A stretch of DNA of 64,000 nt from Candidatus Algichlamydia australiensis (GTDB lineage Bacteria; Chlamydiota; Chlamydiia; Chlamydiales; JAJFMI01): NCBI GenBank assembly GCA_033977065.1, contig JAXCHI010000003.1, positions 416,001 to 480,000 on the forward strand. The letters run 5' to 3'. Of this stretch, positions 9,766 through 18,122 are shown in pieces; position 1 is the first letter of the stretch; every line of letters begins with the position of its first letter. The translations under genes and the position numbers were made by a program. The notes beneath the pieces were generated by a model, which was not told where the DNA came from, ran no database searches, and saw only the letters and a list, made by a program, of their open reading frames with translations.

Positions 9766-10472
9766 AAAGTCTCGTATATAGTAAAATACTTTTCCCAAAT
9801 ATCTGGGTAGTGCTTTTTTATTCGATTTTCTAACAGTTTGCATTTTTCCGCTTGTGCCTTTTTAGAATGATATAAGAGATCAGATCCTCGTGATCTTGCT
9901 CCCCCTCTTTTTTTGTCATAAAACTGCAAAACAATTTGTTGATGTATTGAGAAATTATCTAGAAATTCTTGCAGCTTTTCTTCGTCGTACTGATTTAGAA
10001 ATATTAACACTTCGCGCAACACACTCTTGGGATCTTTCATAAAATCTTCGTAATAAACAAGAAGTTTGCGCTTGGGGTTCCACTTATCAAAGTACTGGAT
10101 ATTTCTAAAAAAATAGGACTCCCTTTTTGTGCATTGCTCAATGGCATTATCGATTGATTTACAGTGACGAACAAGTGATTCTGTAGGATTTCGAACAATC
10201 ATTAAGAGGTAGTCTTTTTTTCGATCTGGTGCAGGCTTTATTCTTAAGTTGTGAGAATGAATATAGCGATTTTTATCTGGATCACACTCTGCTGCTGCGG
10301 GCGTATAGATTGTTCTTCCACCATCAACAAGCCATCCTCTATCAGTAAGCATAGTGATGCAATACATCATCCAGTTGGCACCTGATCGGGGATAGGTAAG
10401 GAAAATTACCTCAGGAGAACTTGCTGCTAAGTGCAGAGTAAAAAGAAGAGAGAGAACAAAAATTTTTCTCAT
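9762..10472 (-). CDS. Exported sulfotransferase-domain protein
   Basis: TYPRSGANW, IVRNP, VYYEDF; signal peptide MRKIFVLSLLFTLHLAA. Confidence 0.85.
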   Translation of the reverse strand: MRKIFVLSLLFTLHLAASSPEVIFLTYPRSGANWMMYCITMLTDRGWLVDGGRTIYTPAAAECDPDKNRYIHSHNLRIKPAPDRKKDYLLMIVRNPTESLVRHCKSIDNAIEQCTKRESYFFRNIQYFDKWNPKRKLLVYYEDFMKDPKSVLREVLIFLNQYDEEKLQEFLDNFSIHQQIVLQFYDKKRGGARSRGSDLLYHSKKAQAEKCKLLENRIKKHYPDIWEKYFTIYETL

Positions 10473-10525
10473 AATATTTCGATTTTTTCTTGATGCTATT
10501 CGATCGCCTTAATATTATCAAGAAA

Positions 10526-11575
10526 ATGAAAAGATTTTGTCTGGTTTTTGTTTTACTTGTCTCCTCACTTAGTGCTTTTGATAAAGTTGTGATTTGGGGT
10601 TACAAGCTTCACACGCATACGCACTCCTATATCCATCAAGGATTTTACCGTGCATTCAAACACTTAGGATTTGACGTTCGTTGGTATGATGAGAATGATC
10701 CTATTAACGAAGAGGAGCTTGCAAATTCTCTTTTCATCTTGAACTTGACTCGTTCAGATAACATTCCGATACGTTCCGATTGTTTCTATATTTTACACAC
10801 ACGTTGGCGCAAAGAGTTTTCTGCACTTGATACAAAATTTGGACCTTTGATTGAGCAGGGGCGTTGCGTTGCAATGAAGTGCTTTTGCGATCGTTTTCTC
10901 GATTTACCAGGATATGAAAAGCTAGCTCCCTGCATTTATAGGTCGTTAAAGAAGCGCGATGTTGTCATGCCGTGGGCAACGGACCTTCTGCCTCATGAGA
11001 TTGATAAAGAGAAAGAGCGCCTCGCAAACATCTCTCCTAAAAAGCGGGTTGCTTATCTTGGAACAATCGGAAGAGGTGAAGGGCGGGGGTCTAACTATCA
11101 GCAGTTGTATCCTTTTTTCAAAGAGGCAAGACGAAGAGGCTACTCTGTAAAAACGAACGACCCTTGGAGTAAACCTCTTTCGATTGAGGAGATGAAACAG
11201 CTTTTGCAAGAATCAAAGCTTGCACCAGCAATACAAGGTGCATGGCAAGTAAGAAAAGGGTATATTCCTTGCCGCATCTTTAAAAATTTAAGTTACGGCT
11301 GTCTTGGTATAACAAACTCTTATCGCGTTTGGGAACTCTTTGATCGCAAAGTTGTTTACGATCCTGATTCAGCAAACCTCTTTGTAAAAGCGGAAAAAGC
11401 TTTAGAGACCTACTCTCTTGAAGAGCGCTTTGCCATGATGGATTATATTAAGGAGCACCATACCTACTTAAGTCGTATACGGCTTCTTTTGGAAGCGTTG
11501 CATGTTTGTTCAGGTGATCAACATATTCTTGAGATCATCGAAAACTTCAGCAATAAGAGAGGTTTTAATATTTAA
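10526..11575 (+). CDS. Exported glycosyltransferase-like protein (GT-B/CgeB-like C-terminus)
   Basis: Signal peptide from ATG 10526; C-terminal CRIFK..SYG and EHHTYLSRI. Confidence 0.6.
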   Translation: MKRFCLVFVLLVSSLSAFDKVVIWGYKLHTHTHSYIHQGFYRAFKHLGFDVRWYDENDPINEEELANSLFILNLTRSDNIPIRSDCFYILHTRWRKEFSALDTKFGPLIEQGRCVAMKCFCDRFLDLPGYEKLAPCIYRSLKKRDVVMPWATDLLPHEIDKEKERLANISPKKRVAYLGTIGRGEGRGSNYQQLYPFFKEARRRGYSVKTNDPWSKPLSIEEMKQLLQESKLAPAIQGAWQVRKGYIPCRIFKNLSYGCLGITNSYRVWELFDRKVVYDPDSANLFVKAEKALETYSLEERFAMMDYIKEHHTYLSRIRLLLEALHVCSGDQHILEIIENFSNKRGFNI

Positions 11576-11615
11576 GTTGACAGGCGCTTACTATCAAAGC
11601 TAGTTTGAAATTGGA

Positions 11616-12413
11616 ATGAAAAGTCGCCTGCAGAGAGTGATTGCTCTCTTTATTATTTTGAGTGTTCCTACTTTTATTCTGAAGGAGTATCAGAATTTAA
11701 AAGTCTCTAGACGGAAAAATATTTTTTCTGAAGTCAAGCCTGCTCAACCAGTTGCGTGTTTGCGTGATAAAGAGTTTGTGATTCTCATTGTTTCGACTGC
11801 CATCAATGAGCAATTTTGGGAGAGAAATTTAAACTCTTTACTTACACAAGCTTATGAAAATTATCGTGTGGTCTATCTTGATGGTGGTAGTTCACAGAGA
11901 ATGCTCGATCGCATCGAGTATTCAGTTGCGCAGAATGAAAAAGCGGAGCTTGTAACGATCATTCGCAAGGAAGAGAAGCGCTCCTTGTTTGAGCACTATT
12001 GTGATGTTGTCAAAAACTTAGCGGATGATGCAGTGGTAGTTCACCTTGATGGAAATGACTGGCTTGCACACGACCTTGTTTTGCAAAAACTCAATAGCGC
12101 TTACTCTTGCCAAGGGGTATGGCTTACCTACGGCGGCTACTTAGAGTATACGCCTGGAAAGGCGGTATCGAGTATTGAGGCCTTTCAACAGCAAGTTAGT
12201 GGTCAAAGGCGCTCTAGCAGTGTTCCGTGGTTTCGCTCACCTCTTAAAACCTATTACGCAAAATTATTCAAACAGCTTGATTTCAGTGCGATCTATCAAG
12301 AAGACCAAGCCTTAACTGGATCGAGTTGGGGGTTCATGCTGCCGATGGTACAGATGGCGGGGCGTCATGTGCACTACATTCCTGAAGTTCTCTACGTTCA
12401 CAACACTATCTAG
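11616..12413 (+). CDS. Divergent glycosyltransferase family 2 paralog, membrane anchored
   Basis: HLDGNDWLAH, VWLTYG, LKTYYAKLF and HYIPEVLY match the four tandem GT2s; some acidic motifs are altered. Confidence 0.75.
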   Translation: MKSRLQRVIALFIILSVPTFILKEYQNLKVSRRKNIFSEVKPAQPVACLRDKEFVILIVSTAINEQFWERNLNSLLTQAYENYRVVYLDGGSSQRMLDRIEYSVAQNEKAELVTIIRKEEKRSLFEHYCDVVKNLADDAVVVHLDGNDWLAHDLVLQKLNSAYSCQGVWLTYGGYLEYTPGKAVSSIEAFQQQVSGQRRSSSVPWFRSPLKTYYAKLFKQLDFSAIYQEDQALTGSSWGFMLPMVQMAGRHVHYIPEVLYVHNTI

Positions 12414-12575
12414 ATAGCGTCGTCAAAAGGCTATAATCAGATTATTTTTCATGTTTGCAGCTTATTTTTGTGCGGAAATTGAAGCTGAATTTGTAAATTC
12501 CGCTTCATTTGAGCACAAAAATGGAGCCCAAACATGAAAAATAAGATAGTTGTATGCTTTTGACGACGCTATCTA
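12411..12575. mobile_element. MITE family B, copy 1 (165 bp including terminal TA), whole-element hairpin
   Basis: TIR TAGATAGCGTCGTCAAAAG / CTTTTGACGACGCTATCTA; nested internal inverted repeats; second full copy at 17806-17970. Confidence 0.92.
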
Positions 12576-13640
12576 GAAGCCCGTGATGCGCCTTTCATAA
12601 ACAGAACCAATGCCAAGCTCATCGCGATATTTAGCTACAGTCCTTCTGGAAATCGGTTTGCCAAGCTCTCGCAATCCCTGCGCCAACTCTTCATCAGAGA
12701 GAGGGCGCTCTTCTTGAGCAACAAGCTCTTTAAGTCTCTCTTTTGGTCCTAAATTTTTTTGCAAAAAATATTTTAGAGGGAACATTCCCATGGAACAGAG
12801 TAGCCACTTTTCTTGGCAAGCACGAGAAACGGTAGATTCGGCTACCTGGAGTTTTTCTGCGAGATACGTAAGAGTTGATCCTTTCGGGTAAGTTGTTTTT
12901 CCTAAAAAGAACTCTTTTTCTTTTTCTATTAAAAGTTGAGCAAGTTGGGTGAGCATTTTTTTGCGATTGCGCAGGGCAACCAATAGCCAGCGCTCAGTAC
13001 AAGTTTCCCCTTCACCACCAGCAATTTCAATACCACTCTCATCAATAATAATATCGGGCAAGACGTTGCGATTTTCATCGGGTGCAAAAGGGAGTCCTGG
13101 GAAGGGGTGTAGAGGGCGAATCTCTTCACGGACAATTTGCTGTACCTCTTCAACACTCAAACACATTCCCTTGGCAATTTTTTCCCATCGCTGTCTGATA
13201 AAATCATTGTAGTACTTTTCTAAAAGTTGCTTGGCGATGCCAGTTGCTTGAAGAATAAGGGCCTCTTGAGGGCCGCGTGCGGCAATGCCTATGGGGTCGA
13301 ATTGCTGAATTTTTTTTAATATGGGAAAATTCTCTCCACTATAAAATCCCTTTTCATCTAAGTTGCCAATGATTTGTTCGGCTTGCGTCAGCTCATATGG
13401 GCTAAAAACTTCACGTGCCTGTGCCATCAGGTGATCGTACAAAGTAGGTTTTGCAACTAAGCTTTCTTCAAAAAAAGCGGCTTTAGAACCTCTTTTTTTC
13501 TGTAAAAATTCTTCGATTTGGGTGATGGGCATCTCTAAAATTTTTAGAGACTGCTGCATTGTCTGTGTAAGCGCGAGTTGCTGCTGCTGTTTTAAGGTGA
13601 GCTGAAGCTTGGGTCTTCCCATAGTTCCACGATATAACAT
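12573..13640 (-). CDS. rpoN: RNA polymerase sigma-54 factor (compact)
   Basis: Gln/Leu-rich region I, QQFDPIG, ESTVSRA HTH, RpoN box SRRTVAKYR. Start may be the ATG at 13622. Confidence 0.92.
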   Translation of the reverse strand: MLYRGTMGRPKLQLTLKQQQQLALTQTMQQSLKILEMPITQIEEFLQKKRGSKAAFFEESLVAKPTLYDHLMAQAREVFSPYELTQAEQIIGNLDEKGFYSGENFPILKKIQQFDPIGIAARGPQEALILQATGIAKQLLEKYYNDFIRQRWEKIAKGMCLSVEEVQQIVREEIRPLHPFPGLPFAPDENRNVLPDIIIDESGIEIAGGEGETCTERWLLVALRNRKKMLTQLAQLLIEKEKEFFLGKTTYPKGSTLTYLAEKLQVAESTVSRACQEKWLLCSMGMFPLKYFLQKNLGPKERLKELVAQEERPLSDEELAQGLRELGKPISRRTVAKYRDELGIGSVYERRITGF

Positions 13641-13721
13641 TGACTTTAAGCCTTTGCAAGGGAGGCGATGAACAACTGCTTTGCTGGCAGACAGTATCGA
13701 AAATGTCAGGGGGTGAGTTGT

Positions 13722-15812
13722 TCAGAGTCTCCCCAAACGTGCATACTTAGCAACTAAGGTCATGGAGTCATTTTTTTCGGGGAAATAGACATCATAACAG
13801 AGACCTAGCGAGCTCTCATGTACGCCTGTCACATGACCATTACCAAAGTCTTTGTGGAAGACGCGATCGCCAACATCAAATGCGCCACGCTCTTCGTCAA
13901 AATCGGAAGATTCTTCGTGGTAGAGAGTAAGATACTCTTCAGGAACCTCTTTTAAAAAACGAGAGGGACGCATGGGCTTGGAGCTGCCCCAGAGATAGCG
14001 GTACTCTGACCCTGTCATATAAAGATATTTTTTTGCGCGCGTCATTCCGACATAGCAGAGGCGGCGCTCCTCTTCTAGCGTTTCTGGTGCATCTTTGACA
14101 TTAACATGAGGAAAGAGATCCTCCTCCATTCCCACCATGCAGACAACGGGGAATTCTAAGCCTTTACTGTTGTGAATTGTCATAAGTCGTAGAGCATCTT
14201 CATGAGCCTCTACTTCATCACTTGTCTTGAGAGTAAGCTCTTCTAAAAAGAGTGTTAGAGAACCACTATCGCGCTCCTCTTGCCACTCTGCTGCCTTGGA
14301 AATTAATTCATTAAGATTCGCCTCGCGATCTTCTAAAGTTTCAGGGTCAGCTTTGAGAACATCCAGATATCCGGAGCGTTCGATTGTTTCGCGAATAAGA
14401 GTACTTAGAGGAAGACCCTCTTTTAAAAGATTGCGCAGAGTTTGAATGAGATTTAAATACTCTTGCAGACCTGCTTGTTGTTTGGGAGAGAGTTTGAACT
14501 CACCTCGCTCACAGTAGCTAAGAATAGGCAAAATGCTCTCTTCAGAACCTGTTTTTAGCTTTGTCAAAGTAGTGGGACCAATACCGCGCTTGGGCAAATT
14601 GATCGTGCGAGAAAAGGCGATAAAGTCGCTATCTGAAAGAATCATCCGCAAATAGGCGAAGAGATCTTTGATCTCACGGCGCTGATAGAAAGAGACACCT
14701 CCAATAATCACGTAAGGAATATCATTGCGCAGGAGCTGATCTTCAAAGAGGCGCGATTGAAAATTCGTGCGATAGAAGATCACACACTCACTTAAAGGGA
14801 TGTCGTGGGTGCGGTGGTGGGAGAGGATTTTTTCAATGACAAATTCTGCTTCACGCCGATCGGATGGTGCGCGGTAGTACCCAATTTTTTCCCCGTCGCC
14901 CAACTCACTCCAGAGATGCTTTTCGTGGGAGCGTGGGTTATTGACAATCAATTCATTAGCCGCTTTTAAAATCGTATTCGTGCTGCGGTAGTTTTGATCG
15001 AGAGTGATGACCTTTGCACCTGGAAAATCCTTTTCGAAATTCAAAATATTGCCTACGTGAGCACCGCGCCAAGAGTAGATCGATTGGTCGGGATCCCCAA
15101 CTGCAAAGAGGTTTTTGTGTTTCTCAGTCAAATACTTAGAGAGCAGATACTGCGCGCGGTTGGTGTCTTGATACTCATCGATCAAAAGAAAGGACCAGCG
15201 CCTCTGGTAGTGCTCCAAAACCTCGGGATGATTTTCAAAGAGCTTGACCGGCAAGTAGAGCAAATCATCAAAGTCAAGAGCGTTATACTCTTTGAGTTTT
15301 TGCTGATAATGCATGTAGACATCGGGAAGCAACTCATCCACCTTGCTCTCTGAGAAGTCGACGGTGACTTGGTGTGGCATCACCAAATCATTTTTTGCGT
15401 AGGAGATCGCGCCCTTTAGCGCCTTAGCAAGACCTTTTTCATCTTTTACCTCCATGCTTTTTAAAATCGACTTGATCAGTGCAATACTATCGTCGCTATC
15501 GTAGATATGGAAATTTTTTGAAAATCCAAGAGCGTCAATCGACTCACGCAAAATACGCACGCCCAGAGAGTGGAAAGTACAGGTTAAGACATTTTTATTG
15601 CAGAGATCATAAGTGCGATGACGCATCTCTTCGGCTGCCTTATTTGTGAATGTCACAGCTAGAATTTCAGATGCAGGAACTCCATGCTCAAGCAAACGAC
15701 AGATGCGGTGGGTCACAACTCTTGTTTTACCAGAGCCAGCTCCTGCTAAAACAAGCAGTGGCCCTTCAAAATGCTCAACAGCTTCCTGTTGTTGCGGATT
15801 CAATGACGACAT
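13722..15812 (-). CDS. uvrD: ATP-dependent DNA helicase UvrD/PcrA
   Basis: AGAGSGKT, DEYQDTN, VGDPDQSIYSWRGA, EEERRLCYVGMTRA. Confidence 0.96.
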   Translation of the reverse strand: MSSLNPQQQEAVEHFEGPLLVLAGAGSGKTRVVTHRICRLLEHGVPASEILAVTFTNKAAEEMRHRTYDLCNKNVLTCTFHSLGVRILRESIDALGFSKNFHIYDSDDSIALIKSILKSMEVKDEKGLAKALKGAISYAKNDLVMPHQVTVDFSESKVDELLPDVYMHYQQKLKEYNALDFDDLLYLPVKLFENHPEVLEHYQRRWSFLLIDEYQDTNRAQYLLSKYLTEKHKNLFAVGDPDQSIYSWRGAHVGNILNFEKDFPGAKVITLDQNYRSTNTILKAANELIVNNPRSHEKHLWSELGDGEKIGYYRAPSDRREAEFVIEKILSHHRTHDIPLSECVIFYRTNFQSRLFEDQLLRNDIPYVIIGGVSFYQRREIKDLFAYLRMILSDSDFIAFSRTINLPKRGIGPTTLTKLKTGSEESILPILSYCERGEFKLSPKQQAGLQEYLNLIQTLRNLLKEGLPLSTLIRETIERSGYLDVLKADPETLEDREANLNELISKAAEWQEERDSGSLTLFLEELTLKTSDEVEAHEDALRLMTIHNSKGLEFPVVCMVGMEEDLFPHVNVKDAPETLEEERRLCYVGMTRAKKYLYMTGSEYRYLWGSSKPMRPSRFLKEVPEEYLTLYHEESSDFDEERGAFDVGDRVFHKDFGNGHVTGVHESSLGLCYDVYFPEKNDSMTLVAKYARLGRL

Positions 15813-15822
15813 GCAAAACAGT

Positions 15823-16530
15823 CTAGCAAAGCGCTACTTTTTCTTCATTCGCAGAGTATTCGGGAGGAAGAGGTCTCTCTAAGCGCTTTAAGTAAGTTAC
15901 AGTTGTGAAGGTCATGATCCAAACTGAGGCAAGGCAATCAATAGGGAAGAACAAAACGCGAAATAGAATCTGCATTGCTATAGGCTTTGTGCTGATCACG
16001 CTTTCATCAAAAAAGGCTAAGGAACCGATTGCAAGGAAAAAAATGATAAAAAAGAGCCCGATTAAAGTAGTGTACCCGAGAAGACGCCAGCGATATCCCT
16101 TTGTCAAAGCGCGGCTTTTTTTCCATGCCTCTTTGATAGTAAGATCTTCCAACACTAAAATAGGAAACATAAAGAAGGCCATAATTGCAACAACGAGAGA
16201 GGGAACAACAAAGAGCATACTGCAGAGGAGAAAAATAATAGTAAATACAAGAAGAAAAAGCAGGATTTTTCCATATTTAGAAGCAGCAATTTTTAAATTA
16301 TCTCTCAATTTATAAGCTTGATCCTTATATATAGCGTTAATAGTAAGAATGGCAAAAGTTTCAAGGAGAACAAGTGTAAAAATATTATAAGCAGGAAACA
16401 GATTTAGTTGCTGCTTTGCTGTTAAGAAAAAAGAGAGTGCCACAAGAGGAAGGCAGAAAAGCGTGTTGAGTAAATAGATAGGCCCAATGATTTTGCCAAA
16501 GAACCGAAAAGTATTTCTAATGAGTTTCAT
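15823..16530 (-). CDS. Integral membrane protein (YciC/GDPD-membrane-domain-like)
   Basis: About six hydrophobic segments; AWKKSRALTKGYRWR motif. Confidence 0.6.
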   Translation of the reverse strand: MKLIRNTFRFFGKIIGPIYLLNTLFCLPLVALSFFLTAKQQLNLFPAYNIFTLVLLETFAILTINAIYKDQAYKLRDNLKIAASKYGKILLFLLVFTIIFLLCSMLFVVPSLVVAIMAFFMFPILVLEDLTIKEAWKKSRALTKGYRWRLLGYTTLIGLFFIIFFLAIGSLAFFDESVISTKPIAMQILFRVLFFPIDCLASVWIMTFTTVTYLKRLERPLPPEYSANEEKVALC

Positions 16531-16596
16531 ACAGGTAATCTTAACAAAAAGTTTGCATATTTTGCAAATAAACCCTCACTCTGTCAATGTAGTTCC

Positions 16597-17808
16597 ATGC
16601 ATAAATTTCTAATTTTGTTTTTTCCATTTTTGCTTTTTGCCAAAATTGAAGTGGGGGTCGATCGTCTTTTACAAAGCAAAGAGTTACAAAGTCTAAACGG
16701 CAAGCGTGTTGCTCTTGTCACCAATCAAACAGGTGTGAATGGGGAGCTTAAGCCGACCTATCAGCTTTTGCAAGAGCATTGCAAGTTGACGGCCCTATTT
16801 TTTCCTGAGCATGGATTTTGGGGGAGTGATTGGGCAGAAAAAAAAATCAAAAGTGGACAGCTGGGTGAAATTCCTCTCTACAGTCTTCATGGAGAGACAA
16901 GACGTCCAACAAAAGAGATGCTGCAGGGTCTCGATCTCATTATTTATGATATTCAAGACATTGGCGTGCGCTCCTACACTTACGCTTCGACACTCTTTTA
17001 TGTGATGGAAGAAGCGGCAAAAGAAAAAATTCCTGTGATGGTGCTGGATCGTCCGAATCCGCTTGGCGGAAACCTTGTCGATGGACCTATGCTTGAGGAA
17101 AAGTGGCGCTCGTTTGTGGGGTATGTCAATGTTCCTTATTGCCATGGAATGACGATTGGGGAGTTAGCAGATTTTTTTAATCAAGAGTACAAAATTGGCT
17201 GTCAGCTCTCTGTGATTCCCATGCGAGGCTACAAGCGTGCAATGACTTATGAGCAGACAGGACTCCCTTGGATTCCTACCTCACCCAATATTCCAGAAGC
17301 CGATAGCGCGCTTTTTTGTGCTTCAACGGGGATTTTGGGCCAACTCGAACTCGGCGTTAACATTGGGGTAGGGTATACTCTTCCCTTTAAAGTAGTGGGG
17401 GCGCCGTGGATCGATGCAGAGAGCTTTGCCTCAGCACTCAACAAACTCAAACTTTCAGGCGTACATTTTCGTCCTTTTCACTTCACGCCTTTCTCGGGAA
17501 AATTAAAAAATAGAGAGTGTCATGGTGTTCTTCTCATTGTTACCGATCAAAAAACGTATAAACCGCTCTCTGTACAATTTGCTCTTCTGGGAATTTTAAA
17601 AAGCCTCTACCCAGAAAGTTTTTCTAAGGCGTTAAAAGAGGTAAAGGGGTGGCGGCGCGAAATTTTCAACAAAGTATGTGGGAGTGAAAAAGTTCTGCAG
17701 CTTCTTGAAAATGAGCGGTATGTAACCTACAAACTTCTGGAAATGGATCGCAAAGAGCGCGAAGCGTTTGCAATCAAGCGCAAGAAATATCTCAGATCTG
17801 AATACTAG
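16597..17808 (+). CDS. Exo-beta-N-acetylmuramidase NamZ/YbbC family (DUF1343)
   Basis: TNQTG, PEHG, YDIQDIGVRSYTY, LDRPNP, HGMTIGELA, PTSPNIP. Confidence 0.92.
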   Translation: MHKFLILFFPFLLFAKIEVGVDRLLQSKELQSLNGKRVALVTNQTGVNGELKPTYQLLQEHCKLTALFFPEHGFWGSDWAEKKIKSGQLGEIPLYSLHGETRRPTKEMLQGLDLIIYDIQDIGVRSYTYASTLFYVMEEAAKEKIPVMVLDRPNPLGGNLVDGPMLEEKWRSFVGYVNVPYCHGMTIGELADFFNQEYKIGCQLSVIPMRGYKRAMTYEQTGLPWIPTSPNIPEADSALFCASTGILGQLELGVNIGVGYTLPFKVVGAPWIDAESFASALNKLKLSGVHFRPFHFTPFSGKLKNRECHGVLLIVTDQKTYKPLSVQFALLGILKSLYPESFSKALKEVKGWRREIFNKVCGSEKVLQLLENERYVTYKLLEMDRKEREAFAIKRKKYLRSEY

Positions 17809-17970
17809 ATAGTGTCGTCAAAAGGCTATAATCAGATTATTTTTCATGTTTGCAGCTTATTTTTGTGCGGAAATTGAAGCTGAATTTGTAAATTCCGCTT
17901 CATTTGAGCACAAAAATGGAGCCCAAACATGAAAAATAAGATGGTTGTATGCTTTTGACGATGCTATCTA
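17806..17970. mobile_element. MITE family B, copy 2 (165 bp)
   Basis: Same length as 12411-12575, with 3 substitutions by eye; bounded by TA. Confidence 0.92.
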
Positions 17971-18008
17971 AGAGAACTTAAGTTCAGAGAGTGTCTTCGA
18001 ATATCGTA

Positions 18009-18108
18009 TGATTTATTGCGCTGGCTATAGCGTTCTTATAAGTAGCGCAATATTTTTATTTATTGATTTATTGCGCTGGCTATAGCATACTCTATAAGTA
18101 GCGCAATA
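18009..18108. repeat. Two direct repeats (55-bp period), each an inverted repeat; probable operator pair
   Basis: TGATTTATTGCGCTGGCTATAGC...TATAAGTAGCGCAATA at 18009-18052 and 18064-18108; each has TATTGCGCT/AGCGCAATA arms. Confidence 0.85.
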
Positions 18109-18122
18109 AATATAGAGATATT

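Noticed and set aside
10485..10526. 10-bp inverted repeat TTTTCTTGAT/ATCAAGAAAA between divergent genes
   Set aside because: Short, AT-rich and single; cannot be told from chance by eye.
18009..18108. Possible CRISPR mini-array
   Set aside because: Only two units with an 11-bp AT-only spacer and no cas genes; fits an operator pair better.
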